From Heptranchias perlo (Eukaryota), in NCBI RefSeq assembly GCF_035084215.1, contig NC_090335.1, positions 13,144,001 to 13,208,000 on the forward strand: a stretch of 64,000 nucleotides of DNA, written 5' to 3'. Below the pieces are notes generated by a model. That model was not told the DNA's origin. It was given only the letters and a program-made list of their open reading frames with translations, and ran no database searches. The translations under genes were made by a program, and so were the position numbers. Positions 26,701 through 37,420 of this stretch are shown piece by piece (the stretch's first letter is position 1; each line of letters opens with the position of its first letter).

Positions 26701-26806
26701 CCCTCAGACGAAGATACAGGCAGTCTGATCCTTCAGATGGCGCATATCTCCGAAGAAGATCAGTTGAATAAACAGGAGGAATATTTGAACGTTAGATCAA
26801 TGAAAG
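26701..26806 (+). CDS. LRCH1: LRCH1 exon 8: PSDEDTGSLILQMAHISEEDQLNKQEEYLNVRSMK
   Basis: ccatcag| acceptor, |gtacgc donor, 106 nt, phase 0 to 1; continues the SATE-PSDEDT motif. Confidence 0.9.
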
Positions 26807-26859
26807 GTACGCTGTTTATGATTTACAACATGCCTGTTGGTTTATCTAGGCTGAAGTTC

Positions 26860-27620
26860 AACAAATCTGACTAGTTCCAAACAGTTTACTCAACAAAGAT
26901 AAATGTGAAGTGGTACATTTTGGGAAAAGGAACCAAGATTGGAAATATACGCTAAATGGTAACATTCTGAATGGCCTCGGTGTACAGATATATGGATCTT
27001 TAAATACAGCATTGTAGGAGGAAAAGAGCAAATGGTTTTTATATGCAGGGGTACTGAATACAAAAGCAAGGAGGTGATGGTGACTCTGTGTACAAGACAT
27101 TGATCAGGTCACAGATGGAGTAGAGTACAGTTTTGGGCACCCCTCTATAGAAAGAATATTGAAACATGGGAAAGATTCAATGTAGGGTTCACTGGGATAA
27201 TACTAGAGTGAGGAATATAGTTATGAAGAGACACTTGAAAATTGGGACTGTATTCACTGGAGCAGAGCAGGTTAAGGGAAGATTGAAAGTGTTCAAAATT
27301 AGGAAAAAGTTTGAGAGGGTAAATAGTGTAAAATTATCTCCATGGTCAGTGAATCTATAACAAGGGGACATACATTTAGGATTCTTGCTGGAACCTTAAA
27401 GGATAAGGGGGTTAGAAGACATTTTTAATGCAATAGGTTATTAGAGTATACAATACATGCGAGGATATTGAAGCCATTTCAATGACTACTTTTTAGAGAG
27501 AATTAGATAAACACTTAAAGAAAAATATTGAAGAGTATGGGGAAAGAGCAGGAAAATGGGACTATGTTGGATAGCTCCAGTGTGGAGCTAGTTTTCGCAT
27601 AGGCCCGATGGGCCAAAATA
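26860..27620 (+). mobile_element. Old CR1 LINE 3' portion starting ~55 nt after exon 8
   Basis: aaatgtgaagtggtacattttggg (KCEVVHFG), cagttttgggcacc, CR1-type tail. Confidence 0.75.
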
Positions 27621-30010
27621 CATCATTATATTTAAACGTCAATAATTTTGTGACTATTTTGGCTGTACCTGAACTATTAAGATCAGATGCATAGTGTTAT
27701 ATAACTTTATAATGCAAAACAGAGATATTCCTGTTTGGGGCTGTTGGCTGACTTCTGTAGTAATCTTGCTGTCTGCATGTTGTCCAATACAGTTTGGGCT
27801 GTTCATAGATATTTGAGCTCTGGAGGTCAAAATCCTGGAACTCCCTTCCTAATACCACACGGACTGCAGCGGTTCAAGAAGGCGGCTCACCACCACCTTC
27901 TCAAGGGCAATTAGGGATGGGCAAAAATGCTGGCCTCGCCAGCGACCCCCTAATCCCATGAACGAGTAAAAAAAAAAGGTAGCTGTGTTTTCATGTGTTT
28001 GTTCTTTAATGGAGAGAGCGGAGAGTAACTCCAGGTCTCCCATAGATACACACACACTGGAAGCAATCACATCAGAGCATTGGGACATAGATAGGTTTCA
28101 CTGTAAATTTGGTATTCATTCCAAAAACAACATTTAATAAATAAAAGTAACCACTCGACGAGTGTGTTTATAGTTTAGTACCAAAATGAACAGGTTAACA
28201 ATTTTCAGTTTAATTGTAAACATTGATGCTTGGTCCTAAGTTTCTTTTATTGAATGATGGAAAATTTGCGTACACAATGCATGGTCATGGTCAAGTCATC
28301 ATATATGATGACACAGTATCTGTACTTAAGAGCTGGGATTTTCTGCTTCTGTACTCACCAGCCCTCAGTTTTCAAGCTATTAAAATGAATGGACAGAAAA
28401 TTGCTGGTGCAGAAGTGGCAAACCAGTGTATTCATATATTAAAGTCCTCTATAGTGGTTTGATTGTACATATATAATGTTCCCCATTCCTAGTCAGCCGC
28501 AATAGTGAACCCGTTGTGTTTTTTGCACAATCCAACAGCTTTCCATGGTCATTTTTCTGGTGTCAGCCCACAGATTAATTGGATTTAGTTTCACAACTTA
28601 GTCGGTTGCTAATCCAGTAACGTAACCACTAGGCTGCTGTACCACTAAGGATGGACTGTTGGTGAGGTCTGGAGTGAGATCAGGGTTGACTTTACTATCT
28701 TGTCCCTCCTCCTTCATGATCACTCCACTCTCCTCTCCCTATCCTGCCCCAAGAAAGAAGCAGGAAGTTGGTGGTGTATGAAGCTGATTGGAACAGGTGG
28801 GCTGACATAAAAGGGACATTTCCAGTGAGTGTCGGTTTGGGCGTTTCTTGATGATTTTGTGGAGTTGTAATTGAAGTTGCTTGCTGATGGAAGAGCAGTT
28901 GGAGTATCTTGTTCCTTTGTGAGGGGAGGGAGTGAGGGTTTCTGGTTATACTCTCAGATCCCTTGCACAATTATTTGAAGTGGGGTAGGCATAATTAATA
29001 AGCTAAACATTTAAAACAATCCCCACTAACATGGTGGTATCAGAGCATGATGGTATGTGTTATCAGCACTCCCAGCTAGCCACTGGGCTTATAACATTGG
29101 TGGGGCATAATATTCCAGCACTAGATTCTACCGACGTAAAAGTGGAGTATTGAGCTACGACTTACATTGGACCACAGATAACAGCTGGGCATTATGGCCA
29201 GGTTTATCCAGATTTAAATGGAAACTGTAGGAGCCCAGCTCATCTATTACTTCTGATTGGAGAATGAACTCCATTACAATATCTTTACCCAGATTCTATT
29301 TAAGGTCCTGGTATTATGGACATGTCTGACTGTTCAATCCACACAGAGGCCTGTTTTAGATGGTGTAGGAGATTGGCAGGACTTAAAGCCAGGCTGTTTA
29401 TAACAGGGTTGTAGATAACTCTTTTTTTCTGAGGGCATGTTGTCATGTGCTTACTTAGCTGTGGGCCACAGTTATAAAACCACATGTGGCCAGTGCGTTT
29501 CCATTGGCAGGAGTACATTTGGAGCAAGAACATTTTTAGCACGATAGTGCAAAAGGGGATTTAGAGATGAAGTCTTGCAGCTAAATTAAAACTTAAGCTA
29601 ACTGCAACCCTCTCCTCCTCTTCCTCCCCCCCAATAAATTGAGTTCAATAAATCTATGATATATTAAAAGTGTTGCGTATAGCATGCACTTGCTGTAAGC
29701 GCCGAACTTTCTTCTTGTCACGCTTCAGATGTCACACTTCAAAATACTCTGATTCACCATGAGCAATGGCACGGGAAGTCTGCTAGTTGCCTTAGGGCTG
29801 GCCACTTTATCAGTGAATGAATAGTTAGAGGTTGACTACTTCAGCATCAAGTACTGGATTAGGGCAAAAAGGATACTTAATATTATCAAAATACCTCATA
29901 GATGACTGATCTATAATGGTAGATTTTCTTTCAACATGATCTAAAAAAAATTTATAAAGTGGAGTAGCTTTATTTATATATTTTCAGCTTTTTTGATACT
30001 TTTTCTTCAG

Positions 30011-30114
30011 TGGCATCTGACCAGGAGCCGAAGGAGCTGCTGCAAAATAACGTGGGAGAGAGGTTGTCCGGCCGAAATGATGGCTTGAGTTCTGAGTTCA
30101 GGACTTACATGAAG
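30011..30114 (+). CDS. LRCH1: LRCH1 exon 9: VASDQEPKELLQNNVGERLSGRNDGLSSEFRTYMK (GC donor)
   Basis: ttttcttcag| acceptor; ends AAG|GCAAGT; 104 nt, phase 1 to 0; DGLSSEF resembles DGLHSEF of mammalian LRCH1. Confidence 0.85.
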
Positions 30115-31885
30115 GCAAGTGTAGAACACAAAATGCTTCTTGAGGCTATCTGTATATGAACATGCTCATTTAGGATATAGCATTTGCTAATGCCCACTAC
30201 ATTCATAGAATGATAGTTCTGTCTCTACACAATGCATTCTGTCCTTCACGGTCAAGGAGATTCATGCTGCGCCAATACTCCCCTATTTGGGAGAATCAGA
30301 GGTTGTCACCTGTGGCCTATCATGATCACCTCCCAGCACCCACCTGACAACTTAAAGTCTTTGAAGTTCAAATCCTTGGAATAAAAATTCTTCCCACACT
30401 AGGGTCTCACTGGATCACCTTGAGGTATGGTCCAGACATACAAATGCTGAGGATTCAGGTTAGAAGTGTTCAATTGCTAGTTATAAAGGCCACCTGGTCA
30501 CCTAGATTGCAGGCAAAGCAATTTGTGTAAAGTTTCTCTGTTTCCTCATTTGTATATAGAGTTAGCAGCTGCAGTACAAGTCAAAACAAGGGGGAGAAAC
30601 TAATTGAAATCAGCACCTTATTCACTTCATTTTAAATGTAATTGTTGCAGTGCAAAACAGTGCAAAATAATTTTATTACACAGAATAGATAGAAAAACAT
30701 TCTGTTACATAGCTTGATGACCTTGCAATAATAGATGGAAAGCTTTTACTGGAATTTTTGTATTTTCAGGACTTCGATCAGAAATCATACTTTGGGTCTG
30801 ATTGCACTTTCAACTGATTTCTTAAGTGGCAGCTGTTGAAGCTAATTTTAAATTAATACCCACTTGGGAAACAATGCTTTGCATAACATGTTATCTGTAT
30901 CAGAGTTGCTAGCTTAATATTGCTTTCATCAGTCAGTCCACCCACAGCTACCTATCTCAGGTGTGCAAATAAAGAATGCCCTTTGCATCATAATCACTTT
31001 TTTAAAAAGCTTTGGACTTAAAGGGAAACTTGAGGAAAAATGCCCCAAATACAGCTTAATGGAAATCCCTGTCCGGTTATAAAAATAAACTCAATAATGG
31101 TTTTACCACAGATTGACACTTTCTCTATCCTCAGAAGCCTGAAGGTGTCATTTTTCAAATGATTGCCCTGCTACTTTATTAGTTGGATGGAAGCTTTTAA
31201 ATATCAATCAAAGTATTAAGTGGCTGCTGTAAAACCCCAAACTGTGGGCTGAGCCTTTAGCATGTTGGCACTGTCACGAGAGCATGTCCTCATCTTGTAC
31301 ATCTTCTCTGAGCTGGATGGAGCAGAAGTCTCGCTGTCTCCCACAATATGTAGTGCTGTCTCTCCAACCCATTCCTTTGTGTCTCTGTCTTCTCTTCTCC
31401 TGCTCTTGTCCTACACACATTTACATTCGTTCGTCCTTCAACATGGAAGAAGACAGCCAAAATATCATCTCCTTTTCGTGTCCTATACACTCAATGTAAA
31501 TAGCAGCCTAGGTTATTATATGAGTACCCCAGTTAATTTTTAACAATTGTCTCCATGGTATCTGCTAAAACTGGCTCCATAGCTGCTGTAATGCAATGAA
31601 AGAGACAGTGGCTCATTTATATTTCACATGTAAATGATTTCTGTAACAGTTATTAATTCTACCTAATTCTGTTCCAAAAATTGCTGCTCACAATTAATGT
31701 GGAGGAGGTCATACTCCCACTGATTAGGTACTTTAATTAGATACCCAAGATTAGGAGGGTTTTTATGTATAATTTAGGTTGGTACGCATAACTGTTTAAG
31801 ACTATCAATCACTGTAACTATGTCCCTAGGGCATGCAACTGATTCAGTTTTAATGATGCTTGTTACTTTGATGATGCTTGTTACT

Positions 31886-31973
31886 CCTGAGGAAGGAGGA
31901 AGCCTCCGAAAGCTTGTGAATTTAAAATAAAATTGCTGGACTATAACTTGGTGTTGTAAAATTGTTTACAATT
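31886..31973 (+). mobile_element. Penelope-like pseudo-LTR fragment with hammerhead core, inserted in the exon 10 acceptor region
   Basis: 88 nt identical to 6511-6598; ends 6 nt before the exon start; preceded by a duplicated atgatgcttgttact (31853-31867 and 31871-31885). Confidence 0.85.
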
Positions 31974-31979
31974 ACACAG

Positions 31980-32047
31980 GGAAGAGTGACGGAGCCTGAG
32001 GAACCGCTGAGAATTGAGGAAGATGCAAGTTGGACATTGGAACAGAT
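31980..32047 (+). CDS. LRCH1: LRCH1 exon 10: GRVTEPEEPLRIEEDASWTLEQ
   Basis: acacag| acceptor, |gttagt donor, 68 nt, phase 0 to 2; LRIEED motif. Confidence 0.88.
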
Positions 32048-32594
32048 GTTAGTAATTTTTATATTTTGATTCTTGTTCAGAAATACAGTGAAACTTGTAA
32101 GTTAGGGACACCTAAGCGACTTGCAGCGGGTGTCCTTTATTTGCAGATGTCCTTATTTTCAAAATGGTCATTGTATGAACCGGAGGAGCAAAATATCCCT
32201 GGATTGTCTGTATCTCCTGTGGCGTTCCTTCTTTCTTTTGCCTGCACCTGGGATCATGCCTAATTCTGGAGCCCTGCCAGTGGGATGTGATTTCAGTTCA
32301 TTTTCTGTTCGTTGGGTTTTCCAGTTCATTGCCATTCTGGGGTCCTTTTCCATTGGGAGAGGGATGGCCTGATCCTGGGATCTGCTTCGTTGGCAGCCTG
32401 CACAATGCAGCTGCTGTAGGGCCCAAGTGCCTGGGAGATCCCAGCCATATGTGGGGGGGCAGGGGGGGAATTAATGTCCTACAGATCCCTGCCTGGGAAC
32501 CCCTCCCACCGTGTGCTGCAGCTGCTAATATTTGAAGTGCTGGGAGGTGGGTAGGGGGCTGTTAGCAGCTGATGTACTGGTAGAGTGAGATGTC

Positions 32595-32760
32595 TAGGGT
32601 TGCCAACTCTGGCTGGAGGCATTCCTAGAGGTTTGATCACGTGATGATTTGACCCCGGGCCCCCTTTCCCCATCCGCTGCCCGGGCCCCCTTTCCCCGGC
32701 CGCTGCCCGGGCCCCCTTTCCCGACTCCTGAACCTCGATTGTTCCCGACACCAGCCAGTC
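32595..32760 (+). mobile_element. TAGGGTTGCCA-terminated repeat (probable non-autonomous DNA transposon end) with three internal copies of cccgggccccctttccc
   Basis: Begins tagggttgccaactctgg; ~27-nt GC-rich unit in 3 copies at ~32653-32722; opposite terminus not found. Confidence 0.5.
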
Positions 32761-34335
32761 CTGGCTCTCTGCGGTGGTGGGAGTACCTCACCGGGCAGAG
32801 GCGGGAAATTACACAGTGGAGCCCCGTGCAATGGGCACCTGAATGTAAACTGAAGATGAGGTAGAACAGTGTCCCAGAGTTCGTTCACCCTGCACAGGGA
32901 CAGACTTCAGCACCATGCGCACACTTGCGGTACAACAAACTTTTCTTCAGAGTTGCCAGCTGCAGCGCATGGTGAAGGAACCGCCGATTTCGGGAGACTC
33001 CAGCCGAAACCGGAAGGGATGGGATCCCTCAATGTTGCCCGGTGCAGTTCCCAGCGTTTGTGGAATGCAGAGTTCTTTACCCAGCATCCATAGCGGCAGA
33101 GAAACCACTCCATCCCTGGGATAGAGCCGTGCAAGAATTCAAACCCATAGATAGAGCGGTTTCTCAGCCGCTCTGGATGCTGGGTGAAGGGATCTCAATT
33201 CTACAAAAGCCCTTTCTTTCACCTGCTTCTGCTATGCAATTACTTGCGTGTTTTGTGTTTCAAAATGTAATCGGACTTGGTGCATTGAAGGCTGTCCGTA
33301 GATCGTAATTTGCGTGTGCCCATGGTTTCCAAATGCAGCTTGTATCTATTACAATGGGAGTTATTTGGGACTGTCAATAATTGCCGTTTTTTTGCCAGTG
33401 TCCGTTTGTACAGATTTCACTGCATTCAATTAGTATTTCTGCCCTTACTCCCAAGGCATAGACTCATGCTAGAGTACAGTGCCATGCGCTCTATCGAGTA
33501 CCTCACCCAAGTGGCTCTTCCTCTGTGCAAACAGCTGGTGGGCCATTTTTCCATTAGGGTCAAAACACACCAGCTACGGTCAGCCAACCCAGCACAGATC
33601 AGGGATTTAACCAGGGAACATCCTGGTCTACATGGCTGAGCTACACACTAGACAGTATTTATTTTGCTATTTTTCTGTCTTATGAGGAAATTGCCCTAGA
33701 GTGGTAAGCAGGACCATCCCCCTGACTACTGCCTTTTTCTGCAGTACTTTCATTTTGCCAGCCATTGAATAGGAGGATGCAGTGTTGTGCATTTATTGTG
33801 CTAGCCACTTTGTTTTGCCAGGTTGAAATGTACATTAAAAATATTAACAGCCTTTGTAATTGCTACCAGAATTTTTACCTCCATATGCAACCACTTACCA
33901 TCAAGTGGCTACACCCCTTTTAAACTTGCCCAGCTGCACCCTTGCAAGCAGCCCTTTATGATCTGTTTACAAGAGTCTTAATGCTCCCCTTCCCCAGCGA
34001 GCTCCCAATGTCAGAGCCCAGTCTGGACCAGGAGCATCCAGACTCCATAAAATCAAGCGAGGTCAGCATAACGAGAGTCAGGCTGATGCTGTTAACACAC
34101 CCTATGACTAGCAAGTCCAAATACTACCCTAGTGTCTCCTTGTTAGGATCATTTTCCTGCTGTACTAAGCTCCCTGCTTTTTAACTGAGCCAGAGAGCCA
34201 GTGAAATATTTAGATATTGCTTGATGTAGACGTTGATATGCTTGTGATCTTTACTCTTTCAAGAGCCTGGTCCAAGGCAACAGATCTGCCAGGCCTTTAA
34301 ATGCTGGCATCTGGCGAGAAGACAACATTCTTAGT

Positions 34336-35050
34336 AGGAACATAGGAACAGGAGTAGGCCATTCAGCCCCTCGAGCCTGTTCTGCCGTTCAATTGCTGAT
34401 CTGTACCTCAACTCCATTTGCCCACCTTGGTTCCATATCCCTTGATACCCTTACCTAACAAAAATCTATTGATCTCAGTCTTGAAATTTTCAATTGACCC
34501 AGCCTCAACAGCTTTTTGAGGGGGAGAGTTCCAGATTTCCACTAACCTTGAGTGAAGAACTGCTTCCTGACAGCACCCCTGAACGGCCTATCTCTAAGTT
34601 TAAGGTTTTTCCCCCTTGTTCTGGACTCCCCCACCAGAGAAAGTAGTTTCTCTCTGTCTACCCTATCAAATCCTTTAATCATCTTAAACACCTCAATTAT
34701 ATTACCCCTTAATTTTCTACACTCAATGGAATACAATGCATCCTGTCCTCATAATTTAACCCTTTTAGTGAATCTGTGCTGCACTCCTTCCAAGGCCAAT
34801 ATATCCACCCTGAGGTACAGTGCCCAGAACTGAATGCAGTACTGCTGATGTGGTCTAACCAGAGCTTTATACAACTGTAGCATAACTTCTACCTCTTTGT
34901 ATTCCAGCCCCCTTGGGATAAAGGCTAACATTTCATTAGCCTTTTTAATTATTTTCTGTACCTGTCCGCTAACTTTCAGTGATTTCTGTACATGGACCCA
35001 TAAATCTCCCTGCTCCTCTACAGTTCCAAGCTTCTCACCATTTGGAAAAT
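34336..35050 (-). mobile_element. CR1 LINE 3' portion
   Basis: ORFs MLAFIPRGLEYKEVEVMLQLYKALVRPH and LRGNIIEVFKMIKGFDRVDREKL. Confidence 0.9.
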
Positions 35051-35324
35051 AAGCAGGTTTTTAAGACTCCTCCCCATCCCCCGACCCCAGCCGACAGATG
35101 TTGGGTAGCAAACTGCGTGTTAGATTTACTGTGTGGGTGGATGAATAATTAAATCTACATTAATCACTTGAAGTGTATTATCTAATCACTATTATCAGAC
35201 CAGGGTAAATGCCTGGAAAGTTGAATTAGCTCAGAAATGTGGGATCATTGTCTCATTGCTTCACATCATGTGAAGAACATTTCAGGTCAACATGGCTAGT
35301 TGTCTTACATTTTTTTCCTCAGAG

Positions 35325-36080
35325 GGAGGCCATTTGGCCCATTGCACCTGTATTGGTGCTAACTTCTAATCTAATTTTCTTGCCCTATCCCCATATCCTT
35401 TTATATTCTTTCTTTTCAACTATTTATCCAATTCCCTTTTAAATGATGTAGTAGTCTCTGTCTAAGTAGCCATAGTAATAGAGCATTCCATGTTCAAATA
35501 ACCCTCTGTGAAGAAAGAAAATTCTTCTAAATTGTCCTTTTGTTCTTCTCATAATCCTGAGTCCGTGCCCTCTTGTTATTAATTCCCCAAGCAGTGGAAA
35601 CACTCTTTCACTATTTACCTCCTCAAAACCTGTCATAATTTTGTTGTTAAATTTCTTTTAAAATTAAAGGATGACGAAGTAGGAAAAAATGGCAGAAGAC
35701 AGTGACAGTTTTACCAGGGGGTTAGATAGGTGGCAGATGCAGTTTAATGCTGAGAAATGTGAAGCAGTGCATTTTGGGAAAAAGCACAGCATACACAAAA
35801 TGTTAAGATTTTTAACAGTGGAGAAACAGATCTAGAGGTGCAGATACATAGATCTTTAAAGATCAGTGTGTAATTGGAGACATAAAGATGCAAATAGTAT
35901 TCTGGGTTTTACAGATGGTGGAAGTGAATATAAAAGGAAGTGATGTTGAACTTATACAAGACATTGGTTAGGACACAGTTAGGACTAATGCAGTTCTGGG
36001 CATCCCATTTTAGCAAGGATATTCACAGGAATGATACCAGAAGAATAGGTCAAAAAACTGGGTCTGTGTTTTTACTGGAA
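35325..36080. mobile_element. Two divergent old CR1 fragments (minus strand 35325-35640, plus strand 35710-36080)
   Basis: Minus: GFEEVNSERVFPLLGELITRGH; plus: WQMQFNAEKCEAVHFG. Confidence 0.7.
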
Positions 36081-36664
36081 CATAACTGAGACACTTCACT
36101 ACACATATCCCACCAATCCAAAAACATCCATTTACACCCTACTTTTTGTTTTCTGACCCTACCCATTAATACCATGTGACTTAATTTTCATAACAAGTTC
36201 CTTATGTGGCCATCTGTATATATAACATCCACCACATTCTCTTTATACACTGTGATTTCCTCAAAAAGTTCAATTCAATTAGTTGAACATTTTTCTTTGT
36301 GTTGTTGTTGCATATACATGGCATTACTCCTGTGGTTTGTTGACTGTACACATTGTACTGATTTTTCTTTCATGTGTACTTTGTGTGCATTCCATGTGCA
36401 TTAAAAAAAAGTATTTAACGCTCGTCATCAAAGTTTCTCATAGAAAGGAGCTAGACTAGCCCGTCCCAGAACTTGTAGTAGAGTGCCAAAAATATCTCCT
36501 TATTGTAATCATTTGTATGACCCGAGGAGACCCTTTGGGAGGAGCTGTGCATTCTTTCCAATGGAATTAAAACAAAATACATTTGTGAAAAGCTACTGTT
36601 TTCAGTCTAATCTTGCTAATCATAAAGTGAATTTTTCACTTATAATATCATTATTTTGTTGCAG

Positions 36665-36751
36665 ACAAAACACAGATCAGCATCTGGACACGGAACCAGA
36701 CGTGTCAGGAAACATGAGTTCACCAGAAAGAGCAGTCCAGGAACAGCAGAG
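36665..36751 (+). CDS. LRCH1: LRCH1 exon 11: IQNTDQHLDTEPDVSGNMSSPERAVQEQQ
   Basis: ttttgttgcag| acceptor, AG|gtactg donor, 87 nt, phase 2 to 2, open frame; weak protein conservation. Confidence 0.7.
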
Positions 36752-37246
36752 GTACTGCTTTGTATACCTTGTGGGGTTCTGCCTTCATTTACTTCCTGGT
36801 TTATGGTATTCCTTCCTTTCCCTTGCCCACCTTTCAATTTCAGCTTATCAAGGTTAGTCTTATCCCTCCCACCTCCTTTCATTTAGTTCAAAGAACCTCA
36901 TTTCCTCCTTATATTTTGCTAGCTTGTTTTTTCTGATCCTGTCCTGTTTAAATGCAGCCCTTCTCTCCTCCACTGACCAAGTCTACCTCCTAACAGTTTC
37001 AGTTACTTATAAACTCAATTCCATTTGACTACCCCCAATTCACCCCATAATTCTGGTTATGAAATTTCTATGTCTACCAAAGATTGGCGGTAATCCAGAA
37101 AACACAAATTTTACAGCCCTTATCTTTAATCTCCAGGCAATATCTTAAATGTGCCTTTGAAAGCTTCATCCTTATCTTGTTAATTCTCCCATGAACAACC
37201 ACCACCTGTCCATTTCTCACTCAATGCACTCCATCCTTTGTATCTG

Positions 37247-37420
37247 TAACCTTAACCCACAGGAGACTAATCAATGTCTGTCTATAAATCGAACCGTAAC
37301 CCCCTAGGAGACTAATCATTATCCATCTATATGTGTTATCTTCACCTGCAGTAAACTAATTATTGCCCATCCATAAATCTAACCTTAACCCAGTAGACTA
37401 ATCACTGCCCTATTAAATTT
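37247..37420 (+). repeat. Degenerate minisatellite, ~44-nt unit, 4 copies
   Basis: Unit approx. taaccttaaccc..aggagACTAATca.tg.ccatctataaatc; ACTAAT recurs at 37266, 37311, 37355 and 37397. Confidence 0.75.

Noticed and set aside
32990-33075. Minus-strand gggcaacattgagggatcccatccct resembles the HDV genomic ribozyme P1.1/P4 region
   Set aside because: I could not build P1, P2 and P3 pairings upstream, so it is likely coincidental
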